Source: Nanopusillaceae archaeon
GTDB lineage: Archaea > Nanobdellota > Nanobdellia > Nanobdellales > Nanobdellaceae
Reading direction: 5' to 3'
Assembly (NCBI GenBank): GCA_038735675.1
Contig: JAVYNJ010000011.1
Coordinates: 1 to 19,447 of the forward strand
DNA length: 19,447 bases
This document shows, piece after piece, positions 7,416 through 15,007 of this stretch. Below the pieces are notes generated by a model that was not told the origin of the DNA, did not search any database, and was given only the letters and a program-made list of their open reading frames with translations. Numbering within the stretch: position 1 is the first letter of the stretch; every line of letters starts with the position of its first letter. Position numbers and translations under genes: made by a program.

Positions 7416-8303
7416 TTAAATAAAGTCTATTAGGTCGTGAACTCCATTATTAACTAAAAAAGTTGTTTCAAATTGAGATACGATTCCTCCAGATCTTTCT
7501 CTTAAGATTGGGTAATTTTTTACTATTCCGTTTGATATTAAATAATTTAAAGCATATTTTATGTTTGTAAAATTTTTAAAATCATTTTTTAACCATCTAT
7601 AAGCAAATGGTAAATTTTTATATTTTTCATATATTATATCTAAAAATTTTCTTATTGAAGGTTCTCTAACCGGTTTGTATTCTACTATTGAATAAATTTC
7701 GGAACTTTTAAAATCTTCTACATATCCTATACCATTGGTTGCGAAAGGCTCTATTGCATAAATTCCTTCACTTAATTTGATTTTAGAATTGTTATTATAG
7801 TTTGGAATATTTATCCCAGCATGTAATAAAAATCTTTCAATCTTATGACCACTCAAATTATATATTGGTTTGTATTGGTATTTTTTTATCTCATCTTCAA
7901 TACATTTTCCGATAATTCCTAGCTCAATATCCTTTTTTAAAATGCTTTTAACGCGTTTAAGTGCTTCTTTTGCGGCTAAAATCAAATACTTGAATTTATT
8001 ATCATTTATCTCAACGGTATAGGCAATATCGACAATGTAACCTTCTACATGAACACCAAAGTCTATTTTAACTACATCTCCATCTTTTAAAACTTTATTA
8101 TCATTTTCTATTGGAGTATAATGTGCTGCAATTTCATTTATTGATATATTAACTGGAAAGGCGGGTTCTCCACCTAAGTCCTTTATTTTGTTTTCTAAAG
8201 CTTCTGCTATTTCTAATAAACTAACCTCTGGTTTTAAAAAATTCTTCGAATATTCATAAACATCTTTAGCTATTTTTCCAGCTTTTTTTAAATATTCCAT
8301 CAT
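7416..8303 (-). CDS. map: Methionine aminopeptidase, type 2 (archaeal)
   Basis: Pita-bread fold motifs: AAHYTP, VKIDFGVHVEGYIVDIAYT, SGHKIERF.LHAG, AIEPFATNG and SQFETT. It has the inserted helical subdomain typical of type 2. The ATGA overlaps the truA stop. Confidence 0.92.
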   Translation of the reverse strand: MMEYLKKAGKIAKDVYEYSKNFLKPEVSLLEIAEALENKIKDLGGEPAFPVNISINEIAAHYTPIENDNKVLKDGDVVKIDFGVHVEGYIVDIAYTVEINDNKFKYLILAAKEALKRVKSILKKDIELGIIGKCIEDEIKKYQYKPIYNLSGHKIERFLLHAGINIPNYNNNSKIKLSEGIYAIEPFATNGIGYVEDFKSSEIYSIVEYKPVREPSIRKFLDIIYEKYKNLPFAYRWLKNDFKNFTNIKYALNYLISNGIVKNYPILRERSGGIVSQFETTFLVNNGVHDLIDFI

Positions 8304-9064
8304 ATAATTATTTTTTCAATATATCTATATAGCTTTTTCCAATCAAGATAAACTTTTTCTAATAGCAAATATTTTGAATCTGCGGGAAAAGGTTTTGGTT
8401 CTAAATTTCCTAAAAATACTAAATTAATTTTATCTAATGGATATAAATTTTTTCCAACAGAGATTAAAAAAGTAATAATTCTTCTTATCATTTCATAAAG
8501 AAATCTATTTCCTTCTATAATATTAATATAAAAATCTTCTTCTTCATATATTTCAAATTTAATTATTTTACATATGGGATTTTTTACTTTTCCTTTTGCA
8601 AAATTATGAAAGCTTTTTTCTCCTATAAAATACTTTGAAGCTTCAATATATTTTTTTATATCAAATTTGTCTTCAATAGAAGATATTTCAATTTTTTTAT
8701 TTTCAAAAATTATCCATTTTGGTCTATAAAATTTCTCAAACAGAGATTTTGGCAATCTATATATATATCTCTTTCCAGTAGAAAATTTTCTAATATTTAT
8801 ATATTCCTTTAACTTAAATGCATTTAAAATTTTTATATCATTATGAAAAAATGTTGTAAAATCTATCTCCTTTTCTGTTTGCAAAACTAAATAGTTTTCT
8901 TTTGCACTAACTCCTTTATCTGTTCTTGAAACAATCGAATATCTATATTTATCTATTTTATAAAAATTAATAATCTCATTTAAAACAGTTTTTACATTTT
9001 TTTGAGGAACTACGCCATGAAACTTTTCTCCATTATAAGATATTCTTAATAAATAATTATTCAT
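8300..9064 (-). CDS. truA: tRNA pseudouridine synthase A (TruA family)
   Basis: YNGEKFHG near the N-terminus and the catalytic-Asp motif SRTDKGVSA. The ATGA start/stop overlaps genes on both sides. Confidence 0.85.
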   Translation of the reverse strand: MNNYLLRISYNGEKFHGVVPQKNVKTVLNEIINFYKIDKYRYSIVSRTDKGVSAKENYLVLQTEKEIDFTTFFHNDIKILNAFKLKEYINIRKFSTGKRYIYRLPKSLFEKFYRPKWIIFENKKIEISSIEDKFDIKKYIEASKYFIGEKSFHNFAKGKVKNPICKIIKFEIYEEEDFYINIIEGNRFLYEMIRRIITFLISVGKNLYPLDKINLVFLGNLEPKPFPADSKYLLLEKVYLDWKKLYRYIEKIII

Positions 9065-9786
9065 TGATTAATTATTTCTAAAAATTTTTTTGCATCATTA
9101 TACATATAACTATTATTAAACATAACATAACATTCTTTATGAGAAAGTTCTCGTATTTTTTCATAAATTTTTTTTAATTCCTCTTCAGAATATTTATAAT
9201 TATAAATTATTCTTTTTTCATTATATTTTCCATGCAATCTATAATATCCGGTTTCTTTAATAAGAGCCGGATATTCAAAATTTATATCTGTTATTTGTAT
9301 TAAATTAAATTCTTCACAAACTTTTTTTATATTTTCTTTTTTCCACCCTCTTAATTCTATTGCTATTTTTATTTCTTTTTTTATTGAGCTAAAGAATTCA
9401 AAAGCATTTTTGATATTTTCTTCATTATCAATAAAGCTCTTTGGAAGTTGAATTACAATTATTTTAGAATTTAATATCTCCTTTATTTCCATCATTTTTT
9501 CCCAAAATTCAAATACTTCTTTGGTTGGTCTTAAAAATCCTACTTTTCCTTCTAGTTTTTTATAATCTATATTTGCTTTTTTCCATGTTTGAGATTTTGT
9601 ATCATGAGTAATACCTTGAAAAGCTTTAAATGTAAATTCAAAATTTTCTGGTGCCTCTTTTCTTATTTTTTTAAGCCATTCAGAATCTGGTATGTTATAA
9701 AAAGTGTTATTTAACTCTACAACTGGAAATTCAATAAAATATTTTTTTCTAGATATAGGAAAACCACATGTACCAACTTTTATCAT
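9061..9786 (-). CDS. DUF72 (UPF0759) family protein
   Basis: N-terminal IKVGTCGF, followed by the NNTFYNIP and FEFTFKAFQGITH patterns typical of DUF72. Confidence 0.75.
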   Translation of the reverse strand: MIKVGTCGFPISRKKYFIEFPVVELNNTFYNIPDSEWLKKIRKEAPENFEFTFKAFQGITHDTKSQTWKKANIDYKKLEGKVGFLRPTKEVFEFWEKMMEIKEILNSKIIVIQLPKSFIDNEENIKNAFEFFSSIKKEIKIAIELRGWKKENIKKVCEEFNLIQITDINFEYPALIKETGYYRLHGKYNEKRIIYNYKYSEEELKKIYEKIRELSHKECYVMFNNSYMYNDAKKFLEIINQ

Positions 9787-9819
9787 AATATAACTATTAA
9801 AGGAAACTTTAGTAAATAG

Positions 9820-9893
9820 CGGGCCCGGGGGGATTTGAACCCCCGACCTACGGGTTAAGAGCCCGCCGCTCTACCAGGCTGAGCTACGGGCCC
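9820..9893 (-). tRNA. tRNA-Lys (anticodon CUU)
   Basis: The reverse complement folds as:
- Acceptor GGGCCCG/CGGGCCC.
- D arm GCUC-AGCCUGGUA-GAGC.
- Anticodon stem GCGGG/CCCGU with loop CUCUUAA.
- T arm GGGGG-UUCAAAU-CCCCC.
- Discriminator G, no CCA and no intron. Confidence 0.95.
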
Positions 9894-9894
9894 A

Positions 9895-10473
9895 TTAAGA
9901 TAAAATTATATTATAATCCTTTAGATCTTCTATATAATTCTTTAGTATTTCTGTTAAATTTTTAGGTAATTTTTCATCTTTTAATTTTATTTCAATATTA
10001 TTATTTGAGATAGTAACATCAATTTTCTCAAAATCTATCCTAAAAATAAAATTAATTATTCCTTTTATTTTATCTGGAAGATCTTTTACTTCTCCTAAGA
10101 CATCTATACTATAAAGTATATCTTTTCCAGCAAAAGGATGATTAAAATCTACAATGATTCTCCCACCATTTACACTTCTTACTATTCCTCTAACGCCATC
10201 AACTAAAATAACTAATCCTGGTACAGGATTTATATTTCTTTTTAAAAATTCTGTTTTTGGCAATATTTTTATGTTACTTTCACTTCTTTCTCCATAAGGT
10301 CTTTTTAATAAAATACTATAATTTTTTCCTACTTCAGCATCTTTTAGAGTATCTTCTATTTCCTTTGGAAACAAATTTTTTCCTATAGGAATTATTACAT
10401 AATTTTTTGAAAAATCAATTATTCGATTATCTGGTAAAGTATAAGCAAAATATCTAATTTTTAACCATTTCAT
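9895..10473 (-). CDS. FKBP-type peptidyl-prolyl cis-trans isomerase with an IF (insert-in-flap) domain
   Basis: GRIIVDFNHPFAGKDILYSIDVLGE matches the NHPLAGK...F.V.V signature. The upstream flap insertion resembles archaeal FKBP/SlyD. Confidence 0.8.
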   Translation of the reverse strand: MKWLKIRYFAYTLPDNRIIDFSKNYVIIPIGKNLFPKEIEDTLKDAEVGKNYSILLKRPYGERSESNIKILPKTEFLKRNINPVPGLVILVDGVRGIVRSVNGGRIIVDFNHPFAGKDILYSIDVLGEVKDLPDKIKGIINFIFRIDFEKIDVTISNNNIEIKLKDEKLPKNLTEILKNYIEDLKDYNIILS

Positions 10474-10570
10474 TGAAAAATATCATAATAAAGTATTTTT
10501 AAGATTTGTGATAAACTAAGATGTTTATCTAAAAAGATAAAATTAAAAAGATTTTTTACATTAAAATTAA

Positions 10571-11644
10571 ATGGTTAATGAGGAAAATGTTGTTTTTGAT
10601 AAAGAGTTAGAGGAGTTGGCGTTACAAACTTTTAAAAAAGTAAAAGTTGTTGGTTGTGGTGGGGCTGGAAGTAATACAATATCTAGATTATATGAATTAG
10701 GGGTAGAAAATGTAGAGTTAATTGCGTTGAATACTGATGTAAAGCATTTACTAAATGTTAAAGCAAATAAAAAAATTCTAATTGGAAAGCAATTGACAAA
10801 GGGATTAGGTGCTGGAAAAGATCCAAAATTGGGTGAGGAAGCGGCTAAGGAATCTGAACAAGAAATAAAGAAAGCTTTAGAAGGAGCCGATATAGTATTT
10901 ATTACTTGTGGTCTAGGTGGAGGAACTGGAACGGGATCAGCTCCAATTGTTGCGGATATTGCAAAGAAAATGGGAGCAATTGTAATTGGTGTATGTACAT
11001 GGCCATTTAGTGTTGAAGGTGCAAATATTTGGGATAATGCTGAATATGGTTTAGGAAAACTAGAAAATAATTTAGATTTGTTAATTATAATTCCTAATGA
11101 TAAAATATTAGAATTATATCCAAATATACCACTAAAACAAGCCTTTAAAGCAGCAGATAATGTTTTAGCAAATGCTTTAAAAGAAATAACAGAATTATTA
11201 ACAAAATCAGGATATATAAATGTAGATTTTGCAGATTTTAAGGCAATTGTATCTGGAGCGGGATATGGATTATTTGGAGTTGGAGAATCTAATTCTGAAA
11301 ATAAAGCTGTTGAAGCTGCACAAAGAGCTTTGACAAATCCATTAGTAGATATAGATATTACTGGAGCAGGAGCAGCATTAATTAGAATTGTTGCATCAGA
11401 AGATACAACGCCAGAGGATGTGAGAAAAGTATTAGATACAGTTAGAACTGTATTAGATCCAAAAGCAAAAATAATTTATGGAATTTCATTTGAGGCGGAT
11501 AAAAAGAACTACGTTAGAGTATCTTTAACTGTAACTAGATTAAAAAGCATACCTACCTTTATAAGAAATATAAAAAGAATTAGTGAAATTAGTGAAGAAA
11601 AGAAAAAGGAAATTGAAAGAGAACTAGGAATAGAGTTTATATAG
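10571..11644 (+). CDS. ftsZ: Cell-division GTPase FtsZ
   Basis: GCGGAGSN, the tubulin signature GGGTGTGSAP, and NTD...L / DFAD motifs. Confidence 0.95.
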   Translation: MVNEENVVFDKELEELALQTFKKVKVVGCGGAGSNTISRLYELGVENVELIALNTDVKHLLNVKANKKILIGKQLTKGLGAGKDPKLGEEAAKESEQEIKKALEGADIVFITCGLGGGTGTGSAPIVADIAKKMGAIVIGVCTWPFSVEGANIWDNAEYGLGKLENNLDLLIIIPNDKILELYPNIPLKQAFKAADNVLANALKEITELLTKSGYINVDFADFKAIVSGAGYGLFGVGESNSENKAVEAAQRALTNPLVDIDITGAGAALIRIVASEDTTPEDVRKVLDTVRTVLDPKAKIIYGISFEADKKNYVRVSLTVTRLKSIPTFIRNIKRISEISEEKKKEIERELGIEFI

Positions 11645-12086
11645 ATTCTTCTTTTTTATATAACAATCTTACATTATTTATTGGAATATCTACATTTATA
11701 GGAACAGGAACATCTAATAATTCTAATAATACTTCTTTTTTCTTGTCATCAACTTTTAATACTCTTGCTTTCGTTCCTTTCAGAGGACCTGCTATAATTT
11801 CAACCACATCTCCTATATTTAAGATTATTTCTTCTTTTTCTTCGAAAAATCTTAATATTTCTTCTATTTTTACCTCCTCTGGTAATACTTTTTTTGCATA
11901 TCTTAATTCATGTATAGCTTTTGCTACTTCTAACTGATTTTCAGCTTCTACAAATAAGAAACCTTTGATATTAGGTAAATGGATTATTGAATATATTGCT
12001 AAATTTTTTCTTTTTGCTTCTTCAGCAATTATTTCTGCAACAATATCTTCTCTACCAGAAGTTACAGTTACTACATAAATTGCCAT
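11637..12086 (-). CDS. spt5: Transcription elongation factor Spt5 (archaeal NusG)
   Basis: NGN domain (IYVVTVTSGREDIVAEII...GFLFVEA) plus KOW motif (GDVVEIIAGPLKGTKARVLKVD). Confidence 0.9.
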   Translation of the reverse strand: MAIYVVTVTSGREDIVAEIIAEEAKRKNLAIYSIIHLPNIKGFLFVEAENQLEVAKAIHELRYAKKVLPEEVKIEEILRFFEEKEEIILNIGDVVEIIAGPLKGTKARVLKVDDKKKEVLLELLDVPVPINVDIPINNVRLLYKKEESI

Positions 12087-12259
12087 ATATATAATAAATA
12101 TTGAACTAATATAAATATGGCCAAGGAAATTAAAGTTATTATAGCAAATAATAAAAGGGTTGTATATAAGATTCTTTTAAGTTCTTCTTGAGATGGTTTT
12201 TGTGCAACTTTCCAAATTTCCTTTATATTTTCAATAAAATTTTTAATCCTATTTATCAT
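12071..12259 (-). CDS. secE: Preprotein translocase subunit SecE / Sec61-gamma
   Basis: 62 aa with a basic amphipathic N-terminus (KVAQKPSQEEL) and a single C-terminal TM helix. It lies immediately upstream of spt5, with a 16-nt overlap, as in the conserved secE-nusG pair. Confidence 0.8.
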   Translation of the reverse strand: MINRIKNFIENIKEIWKVAQKPSQEELKRILYTTLLLFAIITLISLAIFILVQYLLYIWQFM

Positions 12260-12278
12260 AACATCATTTATTTAAAGA

Positions 12279-12292
12279 ATATTTTAAAAAGT
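12279..12292. promoter_or_regulatory. Central TATA-like element equidistant from the divergent secE and rpl11 starts
   Basis: AATATTTTAAAAAG is centred at about 12285.5. That is about 26.5 nt from the secE start (12259, minus) and about 26.5 nt from the rpl11 start (12312, plus). Confidence 0.3.
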
Positions 12293-12311
12293 ATATTATA
12301 AAAATTTAGAA

Positions 12312-12794
12312 ATGGGTAAAAAAGAAATTATTGAATTATTAGTTGAAGGAGGTAATGCAAAACCGGGACCAACAATTGCCCCAAAATTAAGTCAATTAAA
12401 ATTAAATGTTGGAGAAGTTATAAAAGCAATTAATGAGAAAACAAAAATTTTTGAAGGAATGCAAGTTCCCGTTAAAATAATAGTAGATGTAGAAACAAAA
12501 AAATTTGAAATTGAGGTTGGATTACCACCGGTATCAGCTTTAATAAAAAAAGAATTAAAAATAGAGACAGCGGCACATAATCCTGGAAAAGAAGTAGTTG
12601 GAGATATAAAATTAGAAAAAGTAATAGAAATTGCAAAGTTGAAAATGCAGGATATGAATACTAATAATTTAAAATCTGCAGTAAAAATGGTTTTAGGTTC
12701 TTTAGTATCTATGGGAGTTACAGTTAATGGAAAAAATCCAAAAGAAATTATTGAAGAAATTAATAAAGGAAAATACGATGATATCATAAAATGA
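12312..12794 (+). CDS. rpl11: 50S ribosomal protein L11 (uL11)
   Basis: GGNAKPGPTIAPKLSQLKLNVGEVIKAINEKT...VPVKIIVD...FEIEVGLPPVSALIKKEL. Confidence 0.95.
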   Translation: MGKKEIIELLVEGGNAKPGPTIAPKLSQLKLNVGEVIKAINEKTKIFEGMQVPVKIIVDVETKKFEIEVGLPPVSALIKKELKIETAAHNPGKEVVGDIKLEKVIEIAKLKMQDMNTNNLKSAVKMVLGSLVSMGVTVNGKNPKEIIEEINKGKYDDIIK

Positions 12795-12952
12795 TACATA
12801 TTCCTTCATTCATATTAGGACTATTTATTGGCTTCTCTTTAGCAACATTATTCATCTATTTTTGGATAAAAACATATATTTCTAAAATATTGGGTGATAA
12901 AGAGAAGATGTTAAAAAATTTGCTAGATCTTTTAGAATCTAAAAGAAAATAA
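12791..12952 (+). CDS. Candidate 53-aa single-pass membrane mini-protein, not in the ORF track
   Basis: My translation: MIHIPSFILGLFIGFSLATLFIYFWIKTYISKILGDKEKMLKNLLDLLESKRK*. Its ATG overlaps the rpl11 TGA (ATGA), and it fills most of the otherwise empty 188-nt L11-L1 spacer. A stop-free run of 53 codons is uncommon at this AT content. Confidence 0.4.
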   Translation: MIHIPSFILGLFIGFSLATLFIYFWIKTYISKILGDKEKMLKNLLDLLESKRK

Positions 12953-12982
12953 TTTTAAACATTATTTAGATAAAACATATAA

Positions 12983-13639
12983 ATGACTCTAATTAATCTA
13001 ATTAAACAATTAGAAGAAAAAAGTAAAAAAAGAAAATTTAAGCAAACATATGAGCTAATCATAAATTTAAAAAAGGAATATGATTTAAATAAAACAGAAA
13101 ATAGAATATTAGATTATTTTGAGTTACCTCATGGGAAAGGAAAGAAAAACCTAATATGTGCTATAGTAGGAAATGAATTAGAAAAAATAGCTAGAGATAT
13201 ATTTGATTATGTAATAGTAAAGGATAAGTTACCAGAAATTTCAAGTAATAAAAGATTAGCTAAAAAAATTGCAAGGAAATATTACATTTTTGTTTCTCAG
13301 ATGTCTGTAATGCCAGACGTAGGTAAATATTTGGGAAGATATTTGGGATCTAGAGATAAAATGCCAAATCCTAGGTTTGGTATGGTATTTCCAGATAATT
13401 TTTCTGAAGTTCAATTAAGAAACCTATATAATAAGATGCAAAAAATGGTTAGAGTTTCAATTAAAAAACATCTAACCTTTGGAGTACCTGTAGGAAATGA
13501 AGATATGGAAATAGAAAAAATTAATGAAAATATTATGGCATTCTTAGATTGGTTATATAAAAGGTTACCTGGAGGAAAATCAATGATAAGAAGCATATAT
13601 TTAAAGCTGACAATGAGTAAAGCAGTTAAATTATTATAA
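12983..13639 (+). CDS. rpl1: 50S ribosomal protein L1 (uL1)
   Basis: FKQTYELIINLK...LPHGKGK...VMPDVGKYLGRYLGSRDKMPNP...IYLKLTMS. Confidence 0.93.
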   Translation: MTLINLIKQLEEKSKKRKFKQTYELIINLKKEYDLNKTENRILDYFELPHGKGKKNLICAIVGNELEKIARDIFDYVIVKDKLPEISSNKRLAKKIARKYYIFVSQMSVMPDVGKYLGRYLGSRDKMPNPRFGMVFPDNFSEVQLRNLYNKMQKMVRVSIKKHLTFGVPVGNEDMEIEKINENIMAFLDWLYKRLPGGKSMIRSIYLKLTMSKAVKLL

Positions 13640-13640
13640 A

Positions 13641-14504
13641 ATGGTTGCTGAATGGAAAATAAATTATGTAAAGGAATTAAAAGATAAAATAAAAAAATCT
13701 AAAATATTTTTCTTAGTAAACGTAATGGATATTCCAAATTCTGCGCTTCAAACTATAAGAAAAAATTTAAAAGCCAAGAACTTTGAAATGAAGGTAGTTA
13801 AAAAATCATTGTTAATAAAGTCATTGGAAGAATTGTCTAAAGAAGATAAAAAATATGAAAAAATAATAAATGTTTTAGAAAATATTAAAAGAGCAACAAT
13901 AATGCTAATAATTCCAAAGGAAGAAATAAATCCATTTATTTTAAATAAAATACTCGAGGAAAATAAAAGTTATAGGGCGGCTAGAGAAGGAGATGTGCTT
14001 GAAGAAGATGTTATTGTTAAAGCAGGACCAACAAACATTGTAGCAGGTCCAGCCATTTCAATATTTAAAAAATATAATATAAAGACAAAAGTAGAAGGGG
14101 GAAAGATAACAATAGTAGAAGATACTATAATTGCAAAAAAGGGAGATAAAGTATCTAAAGATTTGGCAGATTTATTGCAAAAATTAGAAATAAAGCCAAT
14201 TTCAGTTAGAATAAAGCCAATATTAGCCTATGATGGTGAAGTATTATATGAAGAGGATATATTATCCATTCCATTAGAAAAATATTTAGAAGATATTAAA
14301 TTAGCATTTAAAAAGGCACTATCTTTATCAATTTATATAATTATACCAACTAAAGATAACATAAAGTTGTTAATTAGAAAAGCACATGAAAATGCATACA
14401 AATTATCTATTAAAACAAAAATACCTACAAAATATACTATTAAAGAAATTTTAAAATTGGCAATTAATGTTGGAAGAAAATTAAAAGAAAAAACTAATTT
14501 ATGA
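13641..14504 (+). CDS. rplP0: Ribosomal stalk protein P0 (uL10), short form without the C-terminal acidic tail
   Basis: N-terminal uL10 domain (EWKINYVKELKDKIKKSKIFFLVNVMDIPNSALQTIRKNL), inserted domain II (AGPTNIVAGPAISIFKKYNIKTKVEGGKI) and position after L11-L1. Confidence 0.9.
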   Translation: MVAEWKINYVKELKDKIKKSKIFFLVNVMDIPNSALQTIRKNLKAKNFEMKVVKKSLLIKSLEELSKEDKKYEKIINVLENIKRATIMLIIPKEEINPFILNKILEENKSYRAAREGDVLEEDVIVKAGPTNIVAGPAISIFKKYNIKTKVEGGKITIVEDTIIAKKGDKVSKDLADLLQKLEIKPISVRIKPILAYDGEVLYEEDILSIPLEKYLEDIKLAFKKALSLSIYIIIPTKDNIKLLIRKAHENAYKLSIKTKIPTKYTIKEILKLAINVGRKLKEKTNL

Positions 14505-15001
14505 AAATAGGAATAATAGGAGATACACATATAGGATTAAGAGCTAAAGAAATTCCTAAAGAATTTATAGATTTTTTTATTAAAGAAAAAGTAGATTTAA
14601 TAATACATTGTGGAGATGTTAATGAAGAAATTGCTTTGGAAGAATTAAATAAAATTGCAGAAGTAAAAGCAGTTAAAGGAAATACAGACTATTTAGTTTT
14701 ACCAAAAGAATTAATACTGGATTTAAATGGATATAAATTTTTTGTTTTTCATTCGCATGTTATTAATCCTAGAGGAGATATAAATAAAATTTTAGAATAT
14801 GTAAGAGGGGTTAAGAATATAAATCCAAACTTTGTAATTTTTGGACATGTACATTATCCTGTCTTTATTTGGAGAGAGGGAATATTTTTTATAAGTCCGG
14901 GAACAGCAACAGGTGTTAGATCTGGAGAAATTAAAAAAACTGTAAAATCTGTGGCAGTTTTAGATTTAAATGAACTTAAAGTAAAATTTAAAATAATTTA
15001 A
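14501..15001 (+). CDS. MJ0936/YfcE-family metallophosphoesterase (phosphodiesterase)
   Basis: IGIIGDTHIG, HCGDV, GNTD, FHSH, FGHVHYP and SPGT motifs. The ATGA overlaps the P0 stop. Confidence 0.85.
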   Translation: MKIGIIGDTHIGLRAKEIPKEFIDFFIKEKVDLIIHCGDVNEEIALEELNKIAEVKAVKGNTDYLVLPKELILDLNGYKFFVFHSHVINPRGDINKILEYVRGVKNINPNFVIFGHVHYPVFIWREGIFFISPGTATGVRSGEIKKTVKSVAVLDLNELKVKFKII

Positions 15002-15007
15002 AAAATT

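Noticed and set aside
12392-12799. A 135-aa ORF antisense to rpl11, plus similar shadow ORFs at 3258-3521 (-), 11743-11937 (+), 13411-13596 (-), 14333-14530 (-) and 17941-18132 (+)
   Set aside because: All lie entirely or mostly inside strongly supported genes on the opposite strand. They have low-complexity Ser/Phe/Ile-rich translations typical of the antisense of Lys/Glu/Asn-rich genes, and no motifs.
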